DNA of 64,000 bases from a bacterium (GTDB lineage: Bacteria > Patescibacteriota > Patescibacteriia > SBBB01). A program made the position numbers and the translations under genes. Below the pieces are notes generated by a model. The model was not told the DNA's origin. It made no database searches and saw only the letters and a program-made list of their open reading frames with translations. Location of the stretch: the NCBI GenBank assembly GCA_005239895.1, contig SBBB01000025.1, positions 98,170 to 162,169 on the forward strand, in the 5' to 3' direction. Below are positions 8,694 through 18,701 of the stretch, one piece after another (position 1 is the stretch's first letter; the number at the start of each line of letters is the position of its first letter).

Positions 8694-9926
8694 CTACGAT
8701 TTTAATTTGTTAAATAATTTTTTAAAAGATTCGCCAATATTGATGTCAAAAATACTAGTAGTGTCGGATTTATTTAGTTTTAATAAATAATCAGCCCAAG
8801 ACATCAATCCAATAGCTGTCGTGGTTGAAATATCCAAAGAAGAATTAGCAAGAATGCCTGGATTTAAATAATTAACATTAATACTAGAAGATAACTTTAG
8901 TTTACTTTTAGCAAATTCAGTCAATCCACTCAATTTTGAACCGCCGCCCATAAAAATAATACCAGACGGAAGAGCCCCGGATTTATTTATTTTCCTTAAC
9001 TCTTTATCAATGTTGGCTAAAATTTCTTCAACTCTCGCCTCAATAATTTCTATCACATAACGTTTAGAAATTTTTTCCGTATCCAGCCCAAATAAACTTA
9101 AATTAATTTCTTCTTTTTTGTGTATATCTTTGCTTACGCAAGAGCCGTATTCTATTTTAATGCGTTCTGCAATATCAACTGAAACCCTTAAACCAATCGC
9201 AATATCACAAGTAATATGCTCAGAACCAATGGGTATAACAACTGTATGAATCACATTCCCCTCTTCTAAAACAATCAAACTGGTTGTAACACTTCCAATA
9301 TTTACTAAAGCCACTCCCAATTCTTTTTGTCTGGCCGTAAGAATATTTTCAGATACAGCCAAGGGTGAAAAAACTAAATCTAATATAGTTAAACCAGCTC
9401 TCTGTAAACATTTATTAACATTTTTAACGTGTATGGATGGTATTTGAATAACCTCGGCCTCAACTTCTAGTCTTAACCCAGTCATTCCCAAAGGATCTTT
9501 AATATTGGTTTGTTCGTCTACGGTAAAAACATGCGGCAAAATATGTAAAATTTCATAATTAGCCGGAGTGGCAATCATACGCGCTGCTTCTAAGGCTCGC
9601 GCTACATCGTCTTCTTGAATCTCACCATTGGTTTTAGCTACAGCTACAATACCCTTGCTAATTTGAGATCTAATATAAAACCCCGACACCCCAACTACAA
9701 CCTCTTTAATTGTCATTCCCGTAAGTCGTCTAGCCTGATCTAAACATTCGAGGAGACTCTTAACCACATCGTCAATACTAGTGATGTTTCCCTTATAAAT
9801 TCCAGATGACATTCGCTCAATAACCCCGATTAATTGAGTATTTTTATTTTTAAACGCCTTGCCTAAAGCCAAACGAACATTGTTTGATCCAATATCTAAC
9901 CCTGCGATAATATTTCCTTCAGCCAT
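8694..9926 (-). CDS. ftsA: Cell division protein FtsA
   Basis: GLDIGS, DPLGMTG.RLE, AERIKIEYG, IEARVEEI. Confidence 0.96.
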   Translation of the reverse strand: MAEGNIIAGLDIGSNNVRLALGKAFKNKNTQLIGVIERMSSGIYKGNITSIDDVVKSLLECLDQARRLTGMTIKEVVVGVSGFYIRSQISKGIVAVAKTNGEIQEDDVARALEAARMIATPANYEILHILPHVFTVDEQTNIKDPLGMTGLRLEVEAEVIQIPSIHVKNVNKCLQRAGLTILDLVFSPLAVSENILTARQKELGVALVNIGSVTTSLIVLEEGNVIHTVVIPIGSEHITCDIAIGLRVSVDIAERIKIEYGSCVSKDIHKKEEINLSLFGLDTEKISKRYVIEIIEARVEEILANIDKELRKINKSGALPSGIIFMGGGSKLSGLTEFAKSKLKLSSSINVNYLNPGILANSSLDISTTTAIGLMSWADYLLKLNKSDTTSIFDINIGESFKKLFNKLKS

Positions 9927-9960
9927 ATAAATATTGTTTTATATAAATTTTTTAGATTAA

Positions 9961-10362
9961 CTATTTAATTAACAATTGATTAGCTTGTTTATCCATTTCT
10001 TCCCGATCTTTATTGGTTTTATGATCATAGCCCAGAATATGCAACATGCCATGCACGAATAAAAATTCAATTTCAGCTTGAGTTGAATGATGATATAAAA
10101 TGGCTTGTCTCTTAGATTGTTGATAGTCTATAAAAATTTCTCCTAAATTATATTCCGGATATCCAAAACTTAAAACATCGGTAACCTTATCTTTTTTATT
10201 ATACAACATATTTAATTTTTTAATCAATCTATCGTTTGTTATTACGAGTACTAATTCTGAAAAACAAGAATCAAACTTAGCATCTATTTTTTTAACCAAT
10301 GTTTTTAGTCGCGCTAATTTTACTATATATTTAGTATCATTATGATACTCAAATTTTATCAT
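9961..10362 (-). CDS. ybeY: rRNA maturation endoribonuclease YbeY
   Basis: TDVLSF, GEIFI, HGMLHILGYDH. Confidence 0.95.
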   Translation of the reverse strand: MIKFEYHNDTKYIVKLARLKTLVKKIDAKFDSCFSELVLVITNDRLIKKLNMLYNKKDKVTDVLSFGYPEYNLGEIFIDYQQSKRQAILYHHSTQAEIEFLFVHGMLHILGYDHKTNKDREEMDKQANQLLIK

Positions 10363-11384
10363 TGTATAAACTTAATACTATTTAACATCATTAAATAGGT
10401 TGAATAAAAATTAAACTCTTTTTTAGGATCAAAATTATATGTAAATTCATAAACTTTTAATAGGTCTGGGGATGAAAAATATACTTGAAAACCATCCTCA
10501 GAAACAAGACCACTCAAAACCTTATTATTCCAGGGGCGCATAACCGCAGATTTGTCGGACTGCGAATTATACCAATCTTGAAGTGGCAATTTTTTAGAAT
10601 TTTCTTGTGTAGATATTTTTACATTTTCTCCTTGTTCGGATGTAAATTGCGTAATAGTGCCATTTAAATCTTCTTGGTTAGTAGTCCAATTAGCTGGATA
10701 ATACAAAGTATAATTATGAGCTAGATTCTTATAAACCTTAATTGTAGTAGTATCCTTTAAAAGAGCGCTGGGACCCTGAGTAATGCTATATAAGTTTTGT
10801 ATTTCTAATCCGTCTAAATAACCGTCATTATCAGTATCAGTAAGATTAATGTTACCACCGTATAATTGTTCTTCAATATTTGTTAAATTATCTTTATCTG
10901 AATCTTGTCCGGGTATATTTTTTGGAACAGGTGTTTCAGTGGTGCTAGTAGGCGCAGTTGAGGTTGGGGTGGGGCTTGCCACGTCGGATGACGTGGTGGA
11001 TGTAGGTGTAGGTGTAGGTACCGGAGTTGGGGTGGGGCGTACCACGTCGGATGACGGAGTTGGTGTAATAACTGGTTGAGATAACGTTGGGATTATGTCA
11101 GATTGCGTAGAAGTTGGTGTGCTGGTAGCATTTATATTTATATTTGTAGTTGTAGTTGTAGTTTTAGAAACTGGATTTATTTGAATAATATAATAAACAA
11201 CTGCGGCTATAATTAAAAAACCAATAATCAAAAAAAACTTTTTAGATGAACCACTTGATGATTGCGAAGTTGGTTTTAAATGATCTTTGGGCATGGTGTA
11301 GATCGTCAACGGCATTTCATCCGATAACGATGCGTCACTAGAAGCGCTTGAACTTATAATTAAAGGTTTAGTTTCCTCCTCCAT
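10359..11384 (-). CDS. Membrane-anchored Pro/Thr-rich surface protein with TSP3-like Ca-binding repeats and PsbP-like C-terminal domain
   Basis: TM, PT linker, DSDKDNL..EE and DTDNDGYLDG.E motifs, YYPANW. Confidence 0.75.
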   Translation of the reverse strand: MEEETKPLIISSSASSDASLSDEMPLTIYTMPKDHLKPTSQSSSGSSKKFFLIIGFLIIAAVVYYIIQINPVSKTTTTTTNININATSTPTSTQSDIIPTLSQPVITPTPSSDVVRPTPTPVPTPTPTSTTSSDVASPTPTSTAPTSTTETPVPKNIPGQDSDKDNLTNIEEQLYGGNINLTDTDNDGYLDGLEIQNLYSITQGPSALLKDTTTIKVYKNLAHNYTLYYPANWTTNQEDLNGTITQFTSEQGENVKISTQENSKKLPLQDWYNSQSDKSAVMRPWNNKVLSGLVSEDGFQVYFSSPDLLKVYEFTYNFDPKKEFNFYSTYLMMLNSIKFIQ

Positions 11385-11393
11385 ATTATTATA

Positions 11394-12140
11394 TTATTGC
11401 TGACCACCACCTGGTAAAATAAGTAACTTTCCAGGTCCATTTGGATTATATCCACTCTTGACTTCCGCCCCATCTAAATATCCATCATTATCTGTGTCTG
11501 ATAATAAGGGATTAGTGCGATATACTTTAATTTCAGCCTGATCAAATAATCCATCATTGTCAGTGTCAACTGATAAGGGATTAGTATCTAAGGCTTTTTC
11601 TTCAATGTCAGTCAAACCATCTTGATCACTATCAATAACAACTGGAATAATTGGCTCTATGTTAACTTGAATATTAGGGGCTGAAGAAGTCTCAGCTCCG
11701 GGGATTGGGATAGGGGTTGTAACCGGGGTTGTTGTGTTTACTAAATTATTACTGTCAGTTGTGTTGATTGGCTCGACAGGATTAGAATCCGTGGGCGGAG
11801 TTAAGACTGGTGCTGGTATTGCTGGTGTAGGTGTCGTAGATATTGTAGATGTAGATGTTGTGCCTGGTTTTGAAACTTCTGAGGTGGTAGGCGCTTTTTG
11901 TTTATATATATAAATACCACCCAATAACAAAACAATCAATATTATCACAAAAATACTCCAAATTATCCTGTGTATATTGGATGTTATGACGGGTTGAGGT
12001 GTTGGAATGCTGCTAGGGGGAATTGCCCCAGTAACATCCACCTGGTTATTTACCTTGTCAACTTCCTGAAAAATATCCTCAACTTTATTTAAATTATTTT
12101 GATTCGGCGTATTTGAAGTAATAGAAGTTAAATCGGGCAT
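11394..12140 (-). CDS. Membrane-anchored Pro/Thr-rich protein with three TSP3-like (DxDxDG) repeats
   Basis: DSDQDGLTD.EE, DTDNDGLFD..E, DTDNDGYLDG.EV..GYNP. Confidence 0.8.
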   Translation of the reverse strand: MPDLTSITSNTPNQNNLNKVEDIFQEVDKVNNQVDVTGAIPPSSIPTPQPVITSNIHRIIWSIFVIILIVLLLGGIYIYKQKAPTTSEVSKPGTTSTSTISTTPTPAIPAPVLTPPTDSNPVEPINTTDSNNLVNTTTPVTTPIPIPGAETSSAPNIQVNIEPIIPVVIDSDQDGLTDIEEKALDTNPLSVDTDNDGLFDQAEIKVYRTNPLLSDTDNDGYLDGAEVKSGYNPNGPGKLLILPGGGQQ

Positions 12141-12185
12141 AAATAATATTTTAATAAATCAAATTACTAATAAATGATAATGGTT

Positions 12186-13643
12186 TTATTTACTATCATG
12201 CTGTGTTTCATAATGCGATCCGATTTCAAATAAAATAGTCTCACCAAACTGAGGGCCTATAAGTTGCAAACCAACGGGTAATTTTTTATTATCAACATCT
12301 ATAAAACCACACGGCATAGACATAGCTGGCAAACCAACAATATTTACAGCAACTGTAAAAATATCAGACAAATACATTGTCAAAGGATCATTTATTTTTT
12401 CTCCAATTTTAAAAGCTACGGTTGGACAAGTTGGAGTTAAAATACAATCCACAGTTTCAAATGCTTTATCAAAATCTTGCTTTAACAAGCTTCTAACTTT
12501 CTGAGCTTTTAAATAAAACGCGTCGTAATAACCAGCTGATAATATATAAGTTCCTAACATTATTCTGCGTTTTACTTCTGACCCCAAACCAATTTCACGC
12601 GACTGACAATATATATCATTAAAGCCTAAAGATTTACCATTAGCATCTGATCGTTTGGAATAACCATATCTTATTCCATCATACCTCGACATATTCGCGC
12701 TAACTTCAGCAGCTACAATAATATAATAAACTGCTAACGCATATTCAGTGTGCGGTAAATTAATTTTTTTTATATTATAACCTAATTTTTCAAATTCTTG
12801 AATAGCGTTACGAATTGTTTTATCCACAGTTGGATCCATACCATCTATAAAATACTCTTTAGGAATTCCAATTGTTAATTTGTTTTTTTTATTAACCGCA
12901 TTTAATCTTTCCGGAAAATCTAAACTGGTAGAATCGTGAGAATCTTTCCCCTTAATCGCTTGAAATATAATTTTAGAATCAGATACGGTTTTTGAAAATG
13001 GTCCAATTTGATCCAAAGAAGAACCCATGGCTATTAAACCATGTCGTGACACTGTTCCGTAAGTTGGTTTTAATCCAACTACTCCGCAAAATGCAGCGGG
13101 TTGCCTAATAGAGCCGCCTGTGTCTGACCCTAGAGCATATAAACACATATTACTACTCAAAGCCGCAGCTGACCCGCCCGAAGAACCACCCGGCACTCTT
13201 TCTAAGTCATGAGGATTATAAGTTTTTTGAAAAGAGGAATTTTCAGTTGAACCGCCCATAGCGAATTCATCCATGTTAGTTTTTCCCATCATTACATACC
13301 CTTCTTGTTTTAATTTAGTAATAACTGTAGCATCATAACTAGCAATATAATTTTCTAAAATTTGCGAGGCTGCGGTTGTTACGATTCCCTGCACCAAAAT
13401 ATTATCCTTAATTACAACTGGTATACCAGCTAATAAACCTATATTTTCATTAGCTTTAATTTTTTTATCAATCTCTTTGGCAGCAGCTTCGCCACTTTCG
13501 TAGGTTTTTAATAAAAAAGCATTAATTTTACTATTTGCATCTTCAATTTTTTTACGACAAGCTTCAAACAATTCTAGAGCTGAAAATTTCTTTTCTATTA
13601 AACCCTGATGAGCTTGCTTAATATTTAATTCATTTAATAACAT
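12186..13643 (-). CDS. gatA: Asp/Glu-tRNA amidotransferase subunit A
   Basis: GKTNMDEFAMG, PGGSSGGS, GSDTGGSIRQPA, EVKRRIMLGT. Confidence 0.97.
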   Translation of the reverse strand: MLLNELNIKQAHQGLIEKKFSALELFEACRKKIEDANSKINAFLLKTYESGEAAAKEIDKKIKANENIGLLAGIPVVIKDNILVQGIVTTAASQILENYIASYDATVITKLKQEGYVMMGKTNMDEFAMGGSTENSSFQKTYNPHDLERVPGGSSGGSAAALSSNMCLYALGSDTGGSIRQPAAFCGVVGLKPTYGTVSRHGLIAMGSSLDQIGPFSKTVSDSKIIFQAIKGKDSHDSTSLDFPERLNAVNKKNKLTIGIPKEYFIDGMDPTVDKTIRNAIQEFEKLGYNIKKINLPHTEYALAVYYIIVAAEVSANMSRYDGIRYGYSKRSDANGKSLGFNDIYCQSREIGLGSEVKRRIMLGTYILSAGYYDAFYLKAQKVRSLLKQDFDKAFETVDCILTPTCPTVAFKIGEKINDPLTMYLSDIFTVAVNIVGLPAMSMPCGFIDVDNKKLPVGLQLIGPQFGETILFEIGSHYETQHDSK

Positions 13644-13650
13644 AGTTAAT

Positions 13651-13750
13651 GTTAGCTTCTTAGCTTTTTAGCTTCTTAGCTTTTTAGCTTTTTAGCTTTT
13701 TAGCTTGTAGCTTATTAGATTTTTAAATTTTAATTCAATAAACTTTATAA
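13651..13750. repeat. Left arm of long inverted repeat (octamer TTAGCTTY array plus unique flank)
   Basis: Reverse complement matches 14573-14662. Confidence 0.85.
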
Positions 13751-13752
13751 TT

Positions 13753-14307
13753 TTATAAACTGTCTACTTTCTTGACGTGTGACTGAATATAAGCGTGCAC
13801 TAGCGCGCTAATTTTATTTGAAATAATTTGGGGATCTGCAACTTGCTCAAAAACAAAACGGTTTTTTTCAGCCGCGGTTTGAATATACACATTACCGTAA
13901 TTAAATATCGTTGGCAAAATGCCGTTTATTTCTATGGTTACATCTTGAACATTACGAAAAGATAGCTCAGATGTCACCCTAGAAAAAACACCGTTTTGTT
14001 CCGTGTTTACTATACGTTCATTAGTAATAATCCAAACATCTAAGTAATAATCTATGAAAGCATGATATGCAAATAAACACACATAAATATAATACAAGCT
14101 AATTAAAAAAGCAACCAAGGCATACACCTCATCCGAAATATTATCTATAAAAATATTAAAATATATAGCTAGGCCATATAGAGCCACTGGTCCGATTGCT
14201 AATAATATCCAAAAGGAAATATATCCCAAAAATATAAGCCAATGGCGACGAACAAGCAATATAATTTCTTCATTGGGATTTTTGTGAGGAATATAATGTT
14301 TTATCAT
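13753..14307 (-). CDS. Membrane protein with bacterial PH (bPH_2-like) domain
   Basis: RRHW, two TMs, WIITNERIV..EQ.G.F, VQDV, FNYGNV.IQTA. Confidence 0.8.
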   Translation of the reverse strand: MIKHYIPHKNPNEEIILLVRRHWLIFLGYISFWILLAIGPVALYGLAIYFNIFIDNISDEVYALVAFLISLYYIYVCLFAYHAFIDYYLDVWIITNERIVNTEQNGVFSRVTSELSFRNVQDVTIEINGILPTIFNYGNVYIQTAAEKNRFVFEQVADPQIISNKISALVHAYIQSHVKKVDSL

Positions 14308-14338
14308 ATGCCAAAGTTAAAAATTATAAAGCAGAAAG

Positions 14339-14542
14339 TTATAAAGTTGAAAAATCGCTAAATTTTTGAAATGACTGTTGTAAAATTAGCACAGAAATAA
14401 ATATATAAACTATAGTTACCCATATGGCCACTGCGCTATATTTACTAAATCTCATTAATTGAAATATATTAAACAGACTTAATAAACCCCATATACCCAA
14501 TAATCCCAAATAAATAATATAACCCAATGTTACAATAGTCAT
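14339..14542 (-). CDS. Small two-TM membrane protein
   Basis: 67-aa hydrophobic ORF co-oriented with neighbours. Confidence 0.7.
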   Translation of the reverse strand: MTIVTLGYIIYLGLLGIWGLLSLFNIFQLMRFSKYSAVAIWVTIVYIFISVLILQQSFQKFSDFSTL

Positions 14543-14572
14543 ATAAAGTTAAAAAGTCTAAAGCTTGTAAAG

Positions 14573-14662
14573 TTGTAGAGTTTATTGAATTAAAATTTAA
14601 AAATCTAAGAAGCTACAAGCTAAAAAGCTAAGAAGCTAAAAAGCTAAGAAGCCAAGAAGCTA
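14573..14662. repeat. Right arm of long inverted repeat
   Basis: AGTTTATTGAATTAAAATTTAAAAATCTAAGAAGCTACAAGCTAAAAAGC... inverse of 13651-13750. Confidence 0.85.
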
Positions 14663-14926
14663 TTTAACACTATACCAGAAAGATAAAAAATATTAAAGTC
14701 ATTACTATACTCTTGACCCTATAAAAATTTTTATTACACAAAATTTGTGTTCTAAAATTATTCACCCCGCCAAGTCATTAAGTTACAGACTGGCGGGGAC
14801 AATTGTTTTGATTGATAATCGACTTGATTAAATTCTCTTAATCTGCTATAGTAGGAATACAAAGTAACAACAAAAATTGTTTAACAACAAGCAAGAAATG
14901 CCTAATCAAACGGCAGAAAGGATGTC

Positions 14927-15412
14927 ATGAAAAAAATAGCGCAGCAGTTAGTTTTTGTTTTGTTTTTTGCAATACAAGCAACCGTCTTTGCATCAATACC
15001 AGTAGACACAGAACAACAAATCGCAGAAGAAGCGCCACCTGAAACAATATCTTGCAAGGAACAAGAATGTATTTTTGTAGGCGCTGAAATTGTCGGAAAG
15101 GGAGTTGTAAGTTTTAACTGGCACACCGGAAAACTATACGGTAGTTTTGAATGCAAATGGACAAAATGCTTTGTACCATTACTTCCAGGTACCACTCTAA
15201 CTCTTACAGCTATTCCATCGAATGCCCAATACTTTTTTGACGGGTGGTCACGTGATGGTTGCAAATTAAATGATCTTAATCAGTGTGTCATTACCATCAT
15301 TTTACAGTCTGGAGATAAAGATCAAGAAATCACGGCTCGCTTCATGCTAAGAAATCTTAATGAAGAACCTTCAAATGAGCCACCTCCACCCTACCCTACA
15401 GAAACGCCATAA
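14927..15412 (+). CDS. Secreted protein with divergent InlB B-repeat-like domain
   Basis: Signal peptide; GTTLTLTA.P....F.GWS..GC....C motif; promoter TTGATT-17-TATAGT at 14824-14852; hairpin at 15443-15471. Confidence 0.7.
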   Translation: MKKIAQQLVFVLFFAIQATVFASIPVDTEQQIAEEAPPETISCKEQECIFVGAEIVGKGVVSFNWHTGKLYGSFECKWTKCFVPLLPGTTLTLTAIPSNAQYFFDGWSRDGCKLNDLNQCVITIILQSGDKDQEITARFMLRNLNEEPSNEPPPPYPTETP

Positions 15413-15724
15413 TGCAAACATCCGCGCGTTAATATTAATCTTGGTGGCGGAAGAAACATAATTTCGCCACCCAGATCACAAAACTTTTAAATATTACAAA
15501 ACTTTTTAGACAATAATAATCCTAATGTTTAGACAAAAATAACACGGACAACAATAATCGCAATTTTTAAACAACAATAGTCGCAAAATTATTTTTAAAA
15601 AACAAAATTACCGTGACAACCTATCACGATCGAGATGAAGTGTCACGCTTATAATACTATAACAAAAAATATGATATACCAATATCATATAATATAAATA
15701 CAAGTTAAATATTGATAAGTATTT

Positions 15725-15799
15725 TGGAGCCAATGGCCGGGATTGAACCGGCGACCTACTCCTTACCATGGAGTTGCTCTGCCACTGAGCTACATTGGC
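15725..15799 (-). tRNA. tRNA-Thr(GGT)
   Basis: Cloverleaf GCCAATG/CATTGGC, anticodon loop ATGGTAA, encoded CCA. Confidence 0.96.
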
Positions 15800-15875
15800 G
15801 TATTAATATGCTAATATAATATAACTATTTAAACCTTCATAGTATAACTATTTAAATAACAACTGTCAAAAATCT

Positions 15876-15898
15876 ACTTGGAAGTCCGACTTCCAAGT
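15876..15898. repeat. REP-like hairpin ACTTGGAAGT-CCG-ACTTCCAAGT
   Basis: Perfect palindrome related to copies at 33071 and 33521. Confidence 0.8.
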
Positions 15899-16067
15899 AA
15901 CTTCCAAAGTTCGTATATAACCATTGACCCAGCTGTAGATTTTACTTGATATTTATAGCTAAACAAACAAGCCGTAACAATCCTATCTAGAACAGATAAA
16001 ATTAATTTTTAAATCTACGGCGGGGTTGACACGCTAATTGACCTTATGGTACAATAAATAAATCATA

Positions 16068-16250
16068 CCATAGATAATAGGCGCAGCAGTATTTAACAAT
16101 ACTGCCTTATAAGTCCTGTTGAGGTACAAATCTTATAATATTGAAGAAATTCACTACTATCTGTGGTATTCATTTATATTTGTTAGTCTAATAACCCTTA
16201 GGTCGATAATAGCTTAAAACAAATATAAATTACTACAGATTTTTTTATTT
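16068..16250 (+). promoter_or_regulatory. L10 leader RNA with downstream attenuator-like hairpin
   Basis: CCATAGATAATAGG...TTATAAGTCCTGTTGAGG resembles the L10-leader core; long hairpin ATCTGTGGTA...TACTACAGAT plus T-run before rplJ; promoter TTGACA-18-TACAAT at 16026-16055. Confidence 0.65.
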
Positions 16251-16259
16251 TCATTATTT

Positions 16260-16796
16260 ATGCCAAAAACTAAAGAACAGAAACAAACAATCATTGATAA
16301 TATTCAAAAAGTATTATCAGATGCCAAAAGCGTGGTATTGGTTTCTTTCGATAAAATCAAACTCCAAGAAATTGATAAAATACGCAAAGAATGTAGAGCG
16401 ATTAATGTAAATTATCAGGTTGTTAAAAAAAATCTTTTAAAGATTGCCATGAAAAACCTGGGTATAGATATGCCCCAAATAGATGATACTGCCACGGGTA
16501 TAGCCATAGCCACATCTTTAACTGATGAAGTTGGTCCAGCTAAAGTAACTCATAATTTTGCAAAAAACAACGCTTTACTAAAATTAATTAGCGGTGTATT
16601 AAAAAATAATGATGCCACCTCTCAAGTTTTAGATTTTAATGGTGTCACAGCCATGGCCAGCCTGCCAGGTAAGCAAGAATTACAGGGTATGGTTTGTGGA
16701 ACCTTAAAATCTTTGCTATACAGATTAACTGGGGCTCTAAATTATAATACACTTAAGTTAATAATGGTACTAAAATTAAAAAGTCAAAAAGAATAA
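16260..16796 (+). CDS. rplJ: 50S ribosomal protein L10
   Basis: MPKTKEQK, YQVVKKNLLKIA, ASLPGKQEL; precedes rplL. Confidence 0.93.
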   Translation: MPKTKEQKQTIIDNIQKVLSDAKSVVLVSFDKIKLQEIDKIRKECRAINVNYQVVKKNLLKIAMKNLGIDMPQIDDTATGIAIATSLTDEVGPAKVTHNFAKNNALLKLISGVLKNNDATSQVLDFNGVTAMASLPGKQELQGMVCGTLKSLLYRLTGALNYNTLKLIMVLKLKSQKE

Positions 16797-16826
16797 TAAT
16801 TTAATTTAATTATCTAATAATAAAAT

Positions 16827-17228
16827 ATGTCTACTAAAAATGAATCTAAATTTAAAGGACTGATTGATCAAATTGCAAGTATGTCGGTCTTGGAATTATC
16901 TGAATTCGTAAAGACTTTGGAAGAAATATTTGATATCAAGGGTATGCCCATGATGTCCGCTGGTCCAGCCGCAGCCCCTGCAGCCGGAGCTCCAGCCAAT
17001 GCCGCTGCTGAAGAAAAAAGTATCTTTAATGTAGAATTAGTAAGCGCCGGGGAAAAAAGAATTGATGTTATTAAATTGGTTCGCGATATAACTCAAAAAG
17101 GAATAGCGGATTGCAAGGCCTTAGTTGATTCTCTTCCTCAAATCATAAAATCTAGCGCTGGAAAAGAAGACGCTGAAAATATCAAAAAACAGTTTGAAGC
17201 TGTGGGAGCAAAAGTTAACCTTCAATAG
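16827..17228 (+). CDS. rplL: 50S ribosomal protein L7/L12
   Basis: SVLELSEFVK.LEE, Ala-rich hinge, EEKS.F.VEL, KALVD. Confidence 0.96.
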   Translation: MSTKNESKFKGLIDQIASMSVLELSEFVKTLEEIFDIKGMPMMSAGPAAAPAAGAPANAAAEEKSIFNVELVSAGEKRIDVIKLVRDITQKGIADCKALVDSLPQIIKSSAGKEDAENIKKQFEAVGAKVNLQ

Positions 17229-18192
17229 CTGCTTGACAAATTAATTGCTTATAACCTCTTAAAAATTCACTGGCGGTCATAATATTTCTGCCCTCTAATT
17301 GAACTGTGTGTAAAATTAAATATCCATCGGAACAGTTCACAACCAAACCAGTATTATCTAACAAACTAAAAACTGGTGAAAGTTGCGTAATTTGGTTTGA
17401 TGAAACTTGAGAAGTAGAAATGGCGCTAGCTTTAATAATTTTTAAGCGGCGTTTAAAAATTTGAGAACCATGGCCTGTATTTAGTAGTAATACTGAACCA
17501 GGCCATTTCTCATAAGCTCTAATTTGACGATCTAAAGAAATGACAGACTTTTTTAAATCTAAACTACTATCTGAAGATTTTAATAATTTTGTAAAAGTCG
17601 CCGCAGTGTGATCTTGCTCTTGGGGTTGTATTTGGCCTGTTAAAAATAATGGCAGGGTTTCAATCAATAAATCCGCACTCATATTTGACAAATCTTTTTC
17701 TAAATTTTCAATGGTGGTTGATGGTTTAATATTCATTGACTTTTGCGCCACAATAGCTCCATGATCCATTAAATCATCTACCAACATAATTGTTACTCCG
17801 GTTATAGTATCGCCATTTAAAATAGCAGACTGAATCGGCGAAGGACCTCTTAATTTTGGCAATAAGGATGGGTGTATGTTTAATACACCTTTGGGTATTT
17901 CTAATATAGAATTTGGTATTAAAGCTCCGTAAGCGCACACTACAATTAATTCCGGATCAAAGTTTTTAATAGTTTTAAATGCCAATGAATCTTTCAGAGA
18001 TTCAGGTTGATAAATATTTAAGTTATGTTTTTCTGAAAATATTTTTATAGGAGAACTGTTTGCAACCTGATGTCGACCAGCTGGTTTATCAGGACGCGCG
18101 ATAATTAGTCCAGGAATATAATTGTTCGCAATTAATTTATCTAAAATTGGTACTGCAAAATCAGAAGTAGCAATAAAAATAAATTTAACCAT
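17215..18192 (-). CDS. fmt: Methionyl-tRNA formyltransferase
   Basis: PDKPAGR, NIHPSLLPK.RGPSPIQ. Confidence 0.95.
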   Translation of the reverse strand: MVKFIFIATSDFAVPILDKLIANNYIPGLIIARPDKPAGRHQVANSSPIKIFSEKHNLNIYQPESLKDSLAFKTIKNFDPELIVVCAYGALIPNSILEIPKGVLNIHPSLLPKLRGPSPIQSAILNGDTITGVTIMLVDDLMDHGAIVAQKSMNIKPSTTIENLEKDLSNMSADLLIETLPLFLTGQIQPQEQDHTAATFTKLLKSSDSSLDLKKSVISLDRQIRAYEKWPGSVLLLNTGHGSQIFKRRLKIIKASAISTSQVSSNQITQLSPVFSLLDNTGLVVNCSDGYLILHTVQLEGRNIMTASEFLRGYKQLICQAAIEG

Positions 18193-18213
18193 AAATATTG
18201 AAGTGTTTAATCA

Positions 18214-18690
18214 TCAAAACATTTTAGCTTTTTCAATATACAAATGACCGTTCAAATGGTCAATTTCGTGTTGTAAAATTTGAGCTTGTAAATCTTTAGC
18301 TTTAATTTGAACGACATTACCATTTCTATCTAGGGCCTTTACCCTAACTTTTTTAGCTCTTTCTATAACCCCCCATTTTTTAGGCACACTCAAACAACCC
18401 TCTTCTAAATTAACTTTTTCTTTAGAAATAAAAGTAATAACGGGATTAATAAGAGCAGTGGCATTTTTGCGAATATCAGCTGTTTCGCGATCCTTAGCTG
18501 TAATAATCAAACGAATGCTTCTACCTATTTGAGGAGCAGCTAAACCAACCCCATGATATTTAATCATGGAATCAATCATATCTTCAATTAATTGTTGAAA
18601 TTTAGAATTTTTAATTTCAGATAAATCAACATCCTGGGCTGAGGTATGCAGCACAGCGTTATAATCAACTACCAATGGTAATATAGACAT
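18214..18690 (-). CDS. def: Peptide deformylase
   Basis: GVGLAAPQIG, EGCLS, QHEIDHLNG. Confidence 0.97.
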   Translation of the reverse strand: MSILPLVVDYNAVLHTSAQDVDLSEIKNSKFQQLIEDMIDSMIKYHGVGLAAPQIGRSIRLIITAKDRETADIRKNATALINPVITFISKEKVNLEEGCLSVPKKWGVIERAKKVRVKALDRNGNVVQIKAKDLQAQILQHEIDHLNGHLYIEKAKMF

Positions 18691-18701
18691 ATAAGATTAT
18701 A

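Noticed and set aside
13651-13720. Octamer arrays and REP copies as a CRISPR array
   Set aside because: No regular repeat-spacer structure and no cas genes in the window.
14902-15264. Antisense or nested ORFs of the track (also 6521, 7892-8392, 10485, 10849, 23424, 26158, 35240, 54267, 55375, 63477 and others)
   Set aside because: They overlap well-supported genes and show no independent motifs or signals.
17215-17228. Convergent rplL/fmt overlap
   Set aside because: Short tail-to-tail overlaps are common in compact genomes.
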